From positions 1 to 64,000 of the forward strand of contig MQRK01241454.1 of NCBI GenBank assembly GCA_001938485.1: a stretch of 64,000 nucleotides of DNA. Reading direction: 5' to 3'. The notes below the pieces were generated by a model that had not been told where the DNA came from, made no database searches, and saw only the letters and a list, made by a program, of their open reading frames with translations. This DNA is from Girardia tigrina. Its lineage: Eukaryota. Both the position numbers and the translations under genes were made by a program. Shown here piece after piece: positions 29,543-44,520 of this stretch (positions within the stretch are counted from its first letter, which is position 1; every line of letters begins with the position of its first letter).

Positions 29543-30515
29543 TATGTTTTATTTTTTTAATTTTTTATTGGTGTAAATAATTATTTATACTTATTTTGTA
29601 TTTAATGTTTATCTATGAAATTATTATAACTATAACTTCCAGTTTTAAATATAAAGTTTAACAACTTCTTGGTACTCAAACATGAATTAATATAAGAAAC
29701 AAAATATATAATGGCTTTTTCAAATGTCAAATTGGTTCAGATATTTGGATTAAATTTACGATGTCAACAACTGAAGGCTGAACTGTGGATTGTCCTAAGG
29801 ATGATCCAAATTGTGTATATAAGGAAAATTAAATTCAATGTGATATTAAATTATATTGATATCAAATTATGTATGAATTTCTCTTTAATCGGAAAATGGG
29901 ACAAATGTTTTAGATGTTTCTTCTCAAGTAAAAATAATTCTGTTTTTGATTAACCATTCCTTAACTTTAGCAAGTGCATGTGACAGACTTAACTTATATT
30001 TAGGAAACGTTAGAATAATAATGTATAACTCGGCTAATATAAATTCTTCTATTATAGATAAAATAAAAGGAGAAAAAAATATTTTTATAATATGATTTTA
30101 ATGAATAACGATAAAATTGATAAATAATTAAACAGAATCAATCAGATGTTTAAGTAACAAAAAAACCTTCGATAAAATATATTTGAAAATTGTATCGCTC
30201 CAAAAGAAGAGCGTTGATTCTTTATCATATTTAGCGTTGTTAGTAAAATATAACGCCAAGGTATAGTAAGAATTGTCATAGACAAAAATTCTATTAGGCG
30301 CCATAAAGTTTTGCTATTTATATTTTAAATATTCATTTATTTTTGACCTATGGCAAAATCGATCTTTCAATCGATATTGCCATACTAAATTCCTATAAAA
30401 AATAATTATAAATAATTACTGTATATATAATATAAATTAATATAATAATAATAAATTAAATAAATAATAATTAAAGCAATTTATGTAATCGCTTCTTAAT
30501 TAAATACTTTTAATT

Positions 30516-30660
30516 TTGGAACATAGAAAGAAATGTAAAAGTGGTTTTGAGATAAATAATTTTAAGGTTCTGTGTTTAAATTTTGCAAATTATTGGGAGA
30601 GAGTTGCGTGGGAAGCTTTATTCATCAGGACCCACAATCCTAAAATAAATGTTCAAGCGA
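30516..30660 (+). mobile_element. Penelope-like retroelement GIY-YIG endonuclease C-terminal fragment
   Basis: EH..KC....NNFKVL....NYWER..WEALFIRTHNPKINVQ matches the H..F.IL...R...EAL.I....P.LN.Q tail pattern of PLE GIY-YIG domains. Confidence 0.6.
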
Positions 30661-31020
30661 CAATCTCAAACAATTGTTCCCAAAACATTAATACATTTAT
30701 CCCAATGTTTTACTATCAACCCTATCCCTTGAAAAATGATTTTCCTCGAGCTCTGAAAAATAACCGTTTACAGCTGCAATGGCTTCATCATTTGATGTGA
30801 AACGCTTTCCTGAAAGGAACTTTTTTAGGTTTAAACAAAAAATAGTCACTGGGAGCAAATCTGGTGAATACGATGGATGATCAAGATATTCGTACTTCAA
30901 TTCATTCAATTTAGCCATCGTTAAACCACTTTGTGAAAAATGATTTTTTTTCTTCGTTAAACCGTGTCATTTCTCTCGAATTATTGCATCCCGTTGATCC
31001 AAACTTTTAAATTGTGATTA
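30660..31020 (-). mobile_element. mariner (DD34D) transposase 3' fragment
   Basis: YEYLDHPSYSPDLLP and LKKFLSGKRFTSNDEAIAAVNGYF match the mariner HPPYSPDLAP motif and C-terminus. Confidence 0.88.
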
Positions 31021-31502
31021 CATAAAAAAATTGTTAAAATAATTTAAATACTACAAAACTTATACTTTTAATTATATATTTATAGATTTGAATTTTATTC
31101 ATAGAATGAAATAAAATGTACCAGACTGAGTAACTGAAAGATGTTCTTTGAGAAATTTGAGATATTACTTCAGTTTCAGGACGTTTTATTGCTGTTATTA
31201 GATTTATGAGGAGTTTCACTGGAAAAGATTTTTGAAGAAGGTAATTTTTAATATTTTTAACAATTTTATTAGAACATAAAATTTTTTACTTATATTCACT
31301 TCTTTTTGGATTTACTCTTAAAGAAAATGGTCGATCGTTATCTTTGAAAAACTTGCCAATATTCTATAATTAATTATATATTTTAAATACACTAAACCGT
31401 TATAATTGTTACTATAACTAAATTATTTTTATATTTCAAATCTTCAAATTATTTGATTGTTAATATTTTTATTATTTTTTTTATAATTTGTAGAAAAAAA
31501 TA

Positions 31503-32295
31503 TTAGGTTGAGTCAATAGTTATTCATGTTTGTTATGGAATTAAAGTTTTTGTTTTACATTTAAGTCTAACATTTGAATGCAACATTTGGTTTCATATTA
31601 AAGCCCATAAATGGTGAATCAAACTACACATTAAATGTTAAATCTTTAGACATCATTCTTTTATTTTTTTCATTTTAGAATGATTGTAGAAAAAACAGTA
31701 ATTCATGTATTATTATGACATTATTGGAAAATAATGTCTAACAGTAGCAGCTGCAACTCAACGTGAAAGGCAAGGATGTGCTCAAAGACATAGAGCTCAA
31801 TAGTAGTTTCATTGTTTTAATCAGATAGATACCAGTGTTGCAAATCAGGAACGTTCAAATCGACCATCATTGGTGAACAAAGAGAAATTTCGTGCTCTAT
31901 TGGAGCAGCAGCCTTGTACTAGTACCCGCAGGCTGTCCGAGAAGCTCGGTCATTCTCAAAGCACGATTGTTCGTCATCTGTATACCTTGTGTTTTTTTAA
32001 TTAAAATCCACTTAGAGTCCCCAACAAATTGACAAATATTCAGGTCCAGCGCAAATTGATCTTTGTCGCAATAACCCCAGGGACAGCCGTCTTAGGGAAG
32101 CGAATTATTACAGGAGATGAAAAATGAATTTTCTACCTTAATTTTAGTGGCGGTAAACAATGGCTTCAGCATGATCAGCCAACTCAGCAAGTTGTACGCC
32201 AAAGTCGCCTCGAAAAGAAGGTGATGTGTGTTTGGTGGAATTATGAGGGAACTCTGCACTGGGAACTTATTCCTGATGGTCGAGCCAACATGGTA
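31503..32295 (+). mobile_element. mariner transposon 5' half (left TIR plus degenerate transposase)
   Basis: TA followed by a TTAGGTTG TIR start. Protein remnants RSNRP, STRRLSEKLGHSQSTIVRHL, RVPNKLT (WVPHEL-like), RIITGDEK*IFY and KKVMCVWWNYEG. Truncated before the second Asp. Confidence 0.88.
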
Positions 32296-34779
32296 ATAAA
32301 ATAATTTACACTTTTTTCTTATTATTATTAATTAACATTTTTATGTACATACATTATTTTAATAATTAAATTTAATAATATACATATATATTTACTTATA
32401 AATTTTTCCTACAAATAATGAATAAAACCAAATGTTTCTTTATATTTAAAACAAAATATTTTATTATGACTAAAAGTATCTTGATTAAAATCCTTAAAAA
32501 GAAATCAAATATTTGTAATGTATTGTCAGTCTAATGTCTAACAATGTATATTTCATTGATACATTCTTTTCCCTTCTTACCTCTTTCTTCGTCATTTTAT
32601 GTATTTCTTTTTATAACACCGCACAATTAGAGAGAAAGAAAAATAAAAATTCATTTGAATAATGCAAAGTTATTAAAATAAAAAGATCTAAAGAGGAGAT
32701 CTCCTATTTCAAAAGCAAAGTCTTAGAGAAAAAGTCAATTCAAAAATATTTAACTGTTATTAATCACTAATTAAACGAATTATTGAAAGAATAATCTAAC
32801 TTATTAAACATTTTTTCAATGTCAAATTATCAAATAGAAAAAAAAGAATTTGACCAATTAATAGAAATCAATAAAATAAATGAAAATTCATATAAATTCA
32901 TTATTTTTGTCCAAGAAATAAAATCACAAAAATGTATTTTAATTATATTCATTAATTAAAACAATATACAAAGTTACAACGGAAAAAATTATATAATTTG
33001 TTTAAAAAAGCAATTTATATTTATTAAAAAAATTGAAATATTTAGAATTTGTTTATTGATCAAAGATTCGAATGAAATTAACCATTTTATTATATTTTTT
33101 TTCAATTGAGAACAAAATGCTATATTATATTTTTAATAATAAAAAAAGTTTATTTATTATATTATAAAAAATAACTATTTTATTAATTCAAAAACATTAT
33201 ATATTAAGTTATTAAAGGAGAAAAAAATAATAATAAAACATATTTCATTCTATAAATAAAATATATATTCTAAATTAATTGATTAAAAATTAGAAAATTT
33301 TATTTATTCAGTTTATTCTTCAACCGAAAACGAAGTAAATTCTATCCAACAAGAGCTTTTAACATAAACAATGAATGACGAATACTTAGAAATATTATTT
33401 ATATAATTATATTTAATATTATTATTAATATTAATATTATAAATATTAGTAGTAACAATTAATATTTTGCATCTTCTTTTTTAAGTTATGAAAGGTTTTA
33501 GATTCACTGAGAAGCCTTTTTTATAAAATGTAAAGTATATTCTCCATGTTAAACCATTAATTTACTCAATAATCCACATTAAAATGAATAAAAGTTTCTG
33601 ATTTGTGTTTGAAGTCTAATTTTTTTTAAGAAAACTTCAAATTAATTTTCTGTATTAATTAAAATTCGTTGAAAATTGAAAAATTTTGTTTCAAATTATT
33701 TTTTTAAGTTGCAGTTTTACAATAAATAAAGCAAAACAGAAAATTCGCATCATTTAATTTGCAAAATATATAAAAATAATATAAAGTTGCTTGTGTTTTT
33801 TTCGTAAAATATTAATTAATCTTGTTTTATTTAATTTACATTAATTTTTGGTCAATAAATAATTATTGTAATTGAATTTAAAAATTGATCAAAGAAATAT
33901 TTTGTAAAAAATAGTTTAAGAATTAATTTATTCATGTTTGTATTTCTTTTGCTTTTTGTTAAATACACTTAATTTAAAAAAAGATGAAGGTTTATTTGAA
34001 TACTAAAATATTAATTTAATACCTTTGTTGTTCTATTTTTTTATAAATAGTTTATTTTCCATAATATATTATTCTTGAAATTAAAATGCTTAAAATGTAA
34101 ATTTCTGAAAAAAAATCCACCGACATAATTCAAACATTTTATTTCCCATAAAAAATAGGTCTACTTTTATTCTTCTGGGAAATTCGTTTCTGCTTTTCAA
34201 GACAATTGTATTGCGGTAGAGAGTAAATTTCGTCTTCTATGATTTTGAAGATTATTTTATGTTGTAATTTAAATGTTTTTTTCAAAGTTTTAAATGTACA
34301 TTTTGTTTTAATTTTATTTTATATTTAATTAATAAAAATATTAAATTGGGTATTCTTAAACCTACATAAAAGAAAAATCCAAAATTCACATCAAATTAAT
34401 AATATTACTCCAGTATATTACATATATAAACTAACTGAAACAACAAGTTAAAGATTTAAATTGATAAAATAAATAATTAAGGTAATAGTTGAAATACACG
34501 TTCAAGAAAAAGTCAAGATTATGCAAGTTAGATATTTTCTAGGTGTGATATTGCAACGAGGAAATATATTATCTGCTGTAATTATGATCAAACAAAAGAG
34601 AAAAATATAAGAACTACAGAAACACAAAAACAATATATAATGTAGTCCTTATATTTCTGACGTTTTAAAAATATATTATTATATTATACATTTTTAATAA
34701 TTAATAAAATAGTTCTTTTATTTTTTAATAAATTAAATAACTTAAATAATAGATAGAAATCCTTATTTTAAAAGAAAAC

Positions 34780-35400
34780 TATTGTGCCGCCCCATCTCCG
34801 GGTTTCCATGAAGACCGGATGGTGGTAAAAGAGGTGCGCAGTCAGAAATGCAGCTCAAACTTGTTTTGTTAGGTCAATTTTATATTTAGTTCGTTCAGCC
34901 CGATCATTTTGTTTTCGAAAATCAGAATCCTAAAACTGTTCGATAAGACGTTTTAGAAATAAATCAGCACAAAAAATTAATCGTAATTCAAAAAGTGACA
35001 ATAAGCAGAAAAAAACTCTGTAATCAAAAATTCAAATATTAATTCATATATTTCAAGAAAAAAAACTAAATTTATCATCCCCAGTAATCCTAAAAATTTT
35101 TTTGTTCACAGTCGGCAAAAATAATTCAAAAACTTAATCGTCGATCAAGAAACAGTAATCGTTTTGTAAAAATCAATCGTAAACAGAGAACATAATCATA
35201 ATATTAAAATGGTTGATCACATCACCAGACAAAAAAGTTTCATAAAATTCGAATTAATTGAAAATTGGACAAATCGTTAAATAATAATTGTGAATTTGAA
35301 AATCACTTCAAAGCACTACTCGCTCTGATTGGTTAGCCAATAATAATAATAATAATAATAACCCGGACAAAGATTTATTTGTTCGGGTTTTGAACTGAAT
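34780..35400. promoter_or_regulatory. Candidate promoter/enhancer island
   Basis: GC box GCCGCCCC at 34786, opposed CCAAT pair ATTGGTTAGCCAAT at 35328-35341, TAATC motifs and locally elevated CpG. Confidence 0.35.
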
Positions 35401-36699
35401 TCAATCGACAAAAATTGGAAAATGAATTAATTTACATTTAATTAACATTTCTTTTCTTTTTATTTATTGAATTATTTTCATTTTAAATTAATTGTATATT
35501 TCTTATTACAATAGGCATACAAGTAAAGGTAATAAAAACAGCGATAAAATAATTAGTGATTGTCATTTTGATAATAAGATAAATGTCGATTTTGAATTGT
35601 CTTTGACAGGGGAAAATTTTCAAATATAAATAACAATATAATTCAAAATTATAATACAAAATGGAATTTAAATTTAAATTCCGAATAACTATTTTAAAGA
35701 AAAATTGCACTAACAAAATAAAAATCTAAAGAAATAAAACAAGATAAGAAAGACAAAAATAAAATCTTGTGTAATTCTTATTAATAAAAATTGAGAAATG
35801 TCGATGAGAAATTGTAGCACAAATTTAGAAAATTTATGTATTAAGAATGAGTACTGAACAAAATGGTACACCGGAATGATTATAATGTCATTATTTCACT
35901 CGGTTATTTCGTGTCAAAAATAAACATGTTTACCTGTATCAAATATAATTATATTATTCATAAAATCGTTTGGAGAATACAGAATTGTAATTTGTTCGTT
36001 GGATAACTAAAATTATCTTTGAGGAGGCAATGACTGTAATATTTTGTAGAAAACATACAAATAATATAGATATAGATACATTTATTATTTCAAAGATTTA
36101 AAAAATATTTATTTACAAGAAATGTTGTTTTAAAATGGATCATTGCTCGGATATTTACATATTGAGTGTCTTATGAATGATATTATTATGAGTGTATGAT
36201 AAAGTTAAGCAAAAAAGGATGAAAAAGAATAAATAAACTTTGATAGTATAAAAAGAATTCGGATTATTCAGAGATCAAAGTTTTCTATTTTGCTAAATCG
36301 GTTTAACCTCATTATTCAGAACATTACTTGTCTTTAAAAAAGAACTAGTAGTAAAAATAACTAGAATTTACTTTTAAAGTCCTTTTTCAATCTCTTTGAA
36401 TTGTTGATTGACGAACAAGAAGACATTTCTCTATTTGTTTTAAGTAAATTCACATAGGTAATTGAAATTGTGTGTAACTTATAAGAAAAAGGAATAACGA
36501 AAATAATTGTATTGTAAAGTTTTGTATAAAAAGATTGTAGCCATTCATAACGTTGCAAAAATATCATACAATAAAAGGATATTTTTCTTTAGAAAGAAAA
36601 ATTTAAATGTAATGTTATCCTGTGCTTGACTCTACAAATTATTTTTTCTTAAAAGCTTAAAAAATGAACAAATACTAGAGAAAATATCTATTAAAATTT

Positions 36700-37050
36700 G
36701 TTCAAGGATTTTTGAATAATTACCATTCCCTAAATTGATAAGCATGATGATAGAAAGAAGATTATATCTAGAACAACCTCATGTAAACCTTCTGAATCAG
36801 AGCAATTTAGGAGTCCATGATCTATACAAAATAGCGTTTAATAAGGAAGTCTTTTTATTGTACAATATTGATTTAAATTACCGCATTCTTTAGATATTTA
36901 AATCTGCATTGAAAAAAGTGGGTCTTTCACTTGTACGATTAACAAAAACTCCTTTAATAAGCTTTATACTCCATAATCAAAAAGACTCTTCCTCTTGAAT
37001 CTTTATGTTTAATCAACTTGTAGAATGTAATTTTTAGGACATTTGTTAAA
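36700..37050 (-). mobile_element. Possible ancient mariner fragment
   Basis: Minus-strand peptides RTSERP (RSGRP-like) and SWTPKLL (WVPxxL-like) at plausible spacing. Confidence 0.35.
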
Positions 37051-39431
37051 ATTGTAAAACCCGAATTACTCAGAAGTTTGAATTATTTTATTGTATGATA
37101 GTTATAATTTTAATAGTTGAGATTTTGTAATTATTTAGAAGAAAAAAAAACAATTATGATAATTAATTAAACATATTTCCATGTAATAAGTTTCAATGGT
37201 TAGTTTGCGATCTTAATATCTTTGATTACTTTTCAATTTAATCCAAATACGTAATCTTTTTTTATAACTATGACGAGTTAATTTAAATTTGCATTTCGTC
37301 AAAATAGTTTATTAATTTTTTAATTTGAAAGTTTAAAAAAAAGTAAATAAATACAAATATTTTAAAATTGAAAATGATATAATAAGGAAAACTATCAAAA
37401 ATCAAATACTTATTTAAAAATAAAAAAATGTTTACAGTTATAAAAATTGATATATTTTAATAAGTTTTGAAATAATTTTAAATAAATTTTAAAATAAATA
37501 ATAAACAGATAAAATTTATAATATTTTAAGAAATAATTTTTATGGTAAATTTAAATTAATTAGTTTTAGGATAAAATTTGATAAATATTTTTAGTTTTAA
37601 TTTAAAAATTATTTTATTAATTTAAAGTTTAAAATTTATTAAATTTTAAAATTAAATTGAAAGAAAAATTTAATAGATTAATTTTGACGAAATATTAGAA
37701 TTAACAAGAAATTTGTTTAAATATATGAATTATTGTCATTAATAAAATTTTAGTGTTAAATTATGAATTTTGATTCTAGTGATAACGAAAGTGGCATAAG
37801 AGCTACTTACAATAACATCGTATAAAATAAAATTCTGAATAAGTTGATTGAGAGTACCATTTGAACATTAATTTTAATGAAAACACGATTCAATTAAAAC
37901 AAGATTGAACAGAGAAAATATTTAATTAAAAATGTTACAAAATGAAAAACAAAACTTGTACTTTATATTTTTATGAAAACGTTTTATGAAACTTGAACAA
38001 TTTTAGTAATTAATAAAATCTTTTTTTTAGTTTTTAAAAAAGTGAATAACTTTTGATAAAGTTAAATCATAGAAATTTTCATTTTGAAAAAAAAATGTTT
38101 TAACAAAATCTAAAGAAGTAAAACAATTCTTTTCCCAATTTCTTCTTTTTTAGTTTTTCAATAGTACAAGGTACATAAATATCGTAAGTCTTTTATTTCC
38201 ATTGATATAAATTGTAATTGGAAAAAATCATTTTATAAATATTTTAAACAAAATGATACATACTACGAAACGCAAATGTTTATTGTCCAAAAAATATCTT
38301 TCGTGATAAACCGTAAAAAATACTTCCTGCCAACAGGCGGGAAATCTGAAATAGATCTCTGGTATTAGTTTTACTGTTTCATGTATCTAACAAACCGGAA
38401 TGATTGACAACTTTATGGAAGAAACACTCTCTATTCGTTTCTAGGCGAGGACTTGGACTGCTTAAAACAGAAATCCATTCATTTATATAATTTTTAAAAT
38501 AAAAGCACATTTCCCATTGATTTGTTTCTTTTCTTGATATTAAGCGCAGTTTAAGTACATAAGGTACCTAAATTATTGAACCTACTGAAAAGCTTTAAAC
38601 GAATTCGAACATAAAAACTCATGAAAAAGGGAATATAATATAAACAGAACCTAGCTTTCATAAACAATGATAATTTTTATTTTCCAGACAAGTACAACAG
38701 ACGGAAATATAAATTAGTGAACATAATCCATGATAGACACAACGTAATTATTAAGATTTTAATGATTTTTAGAGAAATTTTTACCAAAACATGCTATTAT
38801 ATGGAATTTTCTTTTGTCATTTAAATTAAAAACATATTTAAATGTATAGATTTCTAGAGAATTTAAAATTGAACCCTAAAGCAAGAAGTTTCCCTTCTAA
38901 CACATTTCGGAGACAAATGGTGAATAGATACTGCAAAAAGTGATCATTCTATAAAGTCAAATCGGGAGGATAGATAACTTTTTAAATTACGATCTAAATA
39001 GTCCAAGAGTTTAATAATAAATATTTGTAGTAATTGCACTTGTAGTTAAAGGAGTTAGTATTAATTGCATCTTCATATTCATACCAGACATTGACCCAAT
39101 CTCAATCATTCTTTTCTTTGATTCAAATGAACATCCTTGGTAAAAACATGAAAGTAATGAAATACAAATACGATTTCTTTAACTTTTATTTTAACATCAA
39201 AATATAAAAAACATGTGCTCAATTTTCTTTAGAAACAATGATCGAATAGACAGCAAATAAATTAGTAAATTTTCTTGAATATTGCAACAAAGACAAAAAT
39301 CCTTAGAGGAATATTTGATGTGTTTCAATTTTGTGTGTTGACTTGGAATTTGATCTCTCCTGTCCAGATGGTCGATTTAAATTTTAACCCCTTATAAAAA
39401 AGATGGTCCTTAAACCCACAAAACAAGTCTA

Positions 39432-39754
39432 ACCGGGCGTTGTGTGGTGTACTGTAATAAAAAAGACAAAAGGAGAAAAAAACAGAAAAAAACTAGACAT
39501 TAGTATCCTGAGTGTGCTGCAATACTCTTTATACCATGTTTTAAATAATTCACACCAAAAAAACGTCTAATAAAAATTTTATTTAAATATTTTGTGTTAC
39601 TTATGATAAGGTAATATTTGTTGTTGTGCATATATTTTATTAGAGTTTAATAACGAATTATTATCAAAAAGGACTGAGACTAATATAACTATTGTGTTTC
39701 CAACAAAAATTATGACGATCTTTTTACCTACTTAGTGAAAAAGCCGAAGGTTAA
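39432..39754 (+). mobile_element. piggyBac 3' remnant (cysteine-rich domain and terminus)
   Basis: TGRCVVYCNKK..KKQKKTRH*YPECAAILFIPCFK*F resembles the piggyBac C-terminal Cys-rich domain. Ends GAAGG followed by TTAA. Confidence 0.65.
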
Positions 39755-42700
39755 TTCTTATTATCTCAGACTAATTTGATTTCATTTAAGAATTAATGTT
39801 TAAATGTATTTTTATTTTAAAATCATTGTAAAAGTTGTAATAATTATTAACACTTAAAATGTAATCTCTTATACTTTTCTTTTAAGGTAGAAATCATTTG
39901 CCTTGTGATATTTAAATAGGTTATCTGGTGTAGAAAGATTAAAAAAATTTACACGAAACATACGAAGAAAATATCTATATAAATTATTGTTTCGTACTTT
40001 TAAAGATACCAGGATTTTTCCCTAGTTAAAAAGACAAAAAATACTTTATAAGTGTATATAGGTACAAAATTTGGAAATGACATATACTGAAAGACTTGAA
40101 ATCCAGAGGGGTGGTTCACGTGCATCTGAGTCCATAGGGGTATACCCCACTCTGAGAAAATTATCATTAGATTTCTCTAATATTACACTTGCTACACTCA
40201 AATATTCACCAAAATAAATACTTTCTTGGTAGGTTTCTTCTTTTGGTATCTCATATTTCTCAGTAACTCTGAAATCCTCAAGTAGAGACCTCGTTTCAAA
40301 TGTTTGAAAAACATCAATTTCTCTTTTAATCTCAATCAGATTCTCATTTACCTAACTAAAATTGTCCAAATTTAAAGAACTTAAGCTTCTATCGATCTTA
40401 TAACTATCAAGTAAAACACTCGACAAATTCGCACTTTCTTTAAATATCTTTCGAATTTCGTTACAAATTGTTTTAATATCAATCTTTCACTAATTTCACC
40501 CTGATCACCTTTCAACTAAATACTTAAATTCCACGCAAAAAAGTCGAAAAAAGAAATATGGTAAAATTTTATTAATTCAAAACAACGTTTTTACGCTGTG
40601 TTGCTTCGCACAAACACAGTAAGATTACTAAAATTTACACCTTTTCAATTTACAAATACCAGAGTTCTTTTAGAAAACCAATAATTTTTTATCAATTAAA
40701 AAATAATTATTCTTAATTTTATTTACACAAAAACTTAATATAAATAATAAATATATTTTTTCCTAATTTTATTTTTTTTCTAAGAGTTTTTCATTTTACA
40801 CACACTTTACTCTCAAATAATTCTTACGGTACAACAGTGGTGGGCTGAAAGTCTTCCTAACGTTGTATTTAAAGACTTATTTCCAACATCTTCTTCCGAC
40901 TGGAACCTTCTATTGATTTTTTTTATTTGAGAAATAATGGAAAGCAAATTACCCACCCTTATTCGACACTAAGTCAATTTTTAAAAAAATTAATATGGAT
41001 AAATTGTTTCAAATTAAAAAGCATGATATGGAGTTCTAAAAAATTCTAATAGAAAAAGAGTTCAGTTTTGAAAAGATAACATCAAATTTGTCTTCAGAAT
41101 AAGCAATAAAACAAGAATCAAAACAGTTTAAGTTTGATTTGAATGCATATTTTTAGCAATAATGAAACCTTACAAAAAACTATTGAAAATATAAAAACGA
41201 AAACTTATTAATATTCTCAAAACTGTAACAGTCAATTTTTAATGAACAAAAACTAATATGATAAACTGATAGAGCAATTTGGGAAAGAAAATCTTTTTTC
41301 CCGAAAAAAACTTTTTTTCTTGATTTATTTTTTTATTTTAAATTATTATATTTTTCTTAATTAAAACTAATTAAAGCTTGAAAAAACCCATCTTAGATCG
41401 ATTATTTATTGACAAGTGATTAAGAAAAACTTATTTGAATATCTAAAAATGGAAATGAATCGTGTAAGTGAAACTGTCGTAACAATGCAGTTTGTTGTGG
41501 ATAATCAACTCATAACTCGGGAATATCTCTGGAAGAAGATTTTTTAAAAAATTGACATTTATAATTGTGTCTCGAAGATATTTCAGTCCAAATTAAATCG
41601 GAAAAATTGTTTTTTTTTAATTATCCAAGAAAAACAAATAAAATATTGTAGTTATAATATTAATATTAACTATTATTATTATTATGAAATGAATATTATT
41701 TTGCAATATTTTTTAAGTGAAATTAATTGTAAATAAAATATTTTTCTGTTTTCTAAATTTAAATATCAAAATGAAAAAAAATAATTTAAAAAACTCATTT
41801 AAATCATTTATGGACATTTTCTGTGTTAGATTGTGTGGCATGTGTCATGTAAAATAAACGTCATTGATCCTTTATTTTAATAAAAGTCATCATGAGTAAA
41901 GATTATTTTTAGAGATATTTTTTAGTTATTTTTCAAAACTTTTATACTTATAACAAACATTTTGACAATTGATAAATATTTGACTGAATAAAATAATAAA
42001 AATAATCTTTGTCCATTTTGTTAATTTTAAATATATTGAAAGACTTTGAAACACATTTGTACGTTGAAAGTAAAGTTTAAAACATTATTTAAACTTAAAT
42101 TTTCTAAAATAGTTATTATTATATAAACTTTAAATCCAGGGGAATTCGTTTATTAAAAAGAACCATTCGTTTCAAAATATATTTTTTATATAATTATAAT
42201 TATTTATAATAAAATATTATTTATCTACTAAGAAATAATATATTTTTATATTTAATAGGTATTATTATATTAATATAGTATTATTTGTCTTTTTATGTAA
42301 ATTATCATGAAAACAAATATAAATCAAAATATTACATTTTTTCATTATTAACTAAATATTTTTCTCATTTCATAATTATATAATTTTGAAAGAAAAAAAT
42401 TAATTTGCCTAAAAAACACAAAAAGGAATAAAAATAAATACATACGTTAACTATACATTAATCAATATAAGTTAATTGAATTAATTATTTTCCAAAAAAG
42501 TAAAATAAAGAAGATTTCAGAAAAAAATAATTAAATAAATATAATATAATTAACTCGAAAATTGTATACATATTGAAATGAACGAAAACAATAAGAGCAG
42601 GTGTTATTTCAACTTCGGGTGTCTAATTTATCACTTTTTACTTACCAATATATATCTACGTAAACATTATATAAAAATACTTTTCCTAAAAACATAAGTC

Positions 42701-44024
42701 AATATATAACATTGTTTTTTTAAAAAAATGTTTAAATTTCTAAAAATTCAATTAAATTATAATATTTGTTCTATAATTTTAAAACATTTAATTTCAATCT
42801 CTTCTCTAATACTACCTTGAAAATAATAATATTGTTAGTTGCATAAATATTTAAACTCGTCGTAATAAAACTATTAATTATGAGACAAGAAATAAAAGTG
42901 TATTTATAAAAAAATTTGAACAAATTTTAATAATTATTTCAACAATCTCGATATTCTTAATAATTCAATTTTTATTATTTTTAGCAAGAAATTTCAAAAA
43001 CAATGCAATTTGAAATCATTAATATTAACAAAATCAATATGATTCTTCGAACATTTATTAATATTACAAGTAGAATTGTCATAACTACAATTATTTAAAC
43101 AACTTTCACCATTCGACATCTTTCGTGATTAGTATTTTTCTGAAGATCATTCTAAAATATGAAAACAAAAAAAATGATAAAATTAAATTATCCGAACTGT
43201 TATTGGTTTAAATCAAATATTAATATTTGAAAAAGAAGTACTAAATATTATTTTAAATTACATTAAAAGATTTACTGATAAATTTAAAAAAACAATTGTA
43301 ATGAATGCTCTGAATTGTTTGTTGGTTTGCATGTTGTGCTTTGATACGGATTGTGTCCCTCCTACCCAGATGGCTGATTGGTATTTTCTTTGATTCCTAA
43401 TATTCGAAAATAATTTAATTTTAGGGGCAAATATTTAAAATATGATTCAAATGTAATATTAAATTTTTTAACAATTAGAAGACGACATTTTAAAATAAAA
43501 TTTTTCTATTGATGCAATATATTTCGACGGAATATCCGTCATCATCAGGCTATTCTGATTATAGCTGTAAAGCTTATATGTTAAAATGGCGATTGTGTAA
43601 TCAATTGTGCAATAACTGTTTCACGCAAAAATCGTCAACAAAGATGGAAAAAATTTTAATTTTTGTTAAATTAATTCTAAAATTAAAACATTTATTTTAC
43701 CTATATTTTATTATGTATTCTAAAAATTACAAAATTATTCATTAAAATTTATAACAATTTGTTACATATTTTATTAATACTTAATTTTTTAAAAAAATAT
43801 TCATTCTAAATTTTACAAAAATAATTATGTAAACTACGTAAATTTTTTTTATTTCTGCTAAACCAAAAATTTTCAACATAAAATATATCCAATCCGATCT
43901 AAATTTTAAATATTCCTTTTTGTAATCTATTTTAAATTTTACAAATATATGAATCTCGGTCTGAAGAAATGTAACTTAACTACTCCTGAAAATATCTTTA
44001 TAGTATTCTCAATTTCATGATATA

Positions 44025-44520
44025 CACTAAAACCTCGATTTGCGTCGTTTCGATTTGCGTCGTTTTCGAAGTTGCGTTGTTCTTGAAATTTCGTGATTTC
44101 AGAGTTGCGTCGTTACAATTTCGATTTGCGTTGCGTAAACAGGCAATGGACATTTTTGCAGATAATGACCCTGACGAAAATAGAAGTCTAAATGTTACAC
44201 GAGCAATAGATAATGCTATCAATTGCTATAAAGAAATTTATCTAGAAAAAAANNNNNNNNNNNNNNNNNNNNNNNNNNNNNNNNNNNNNNNNNNNNNNNN
44301 NNNNNNNNNNNNNNNNNNNNNNNATAAATTTATGTATTATATTTTATTTATGTTGGTTTATGTATATTATGTACATACATAATAATTGAAATAAAAATAG
44401 TTTATAATGCAAGGAAATATTTTATTTAGTACTAATCAACAAGTACTAATCAGGAAAATGAATTTCGATTTGCGTCGTCATTTTCGGGCCCAATTAACGA
44501 CGCAAATCGAGGTTTTAGTG
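44025..44520 (+). mobile_element. Tigger/pogo-family internally deleted element (MITE-like)
   Basis: Perfect 25-bp TIRs CACTAAAACCTCGATTTGCGTCGTT / AACGACGCAAATCGAGGTTTTAGTG with TA on both sides. Subterminal TCGATTTGCGTCGT repeats. Retains a Tigger C-terminal peptide (DPDENRSLNVTRAIDNAINCYKEIYLEK). Contains an N gap. Confidence 0.92.
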
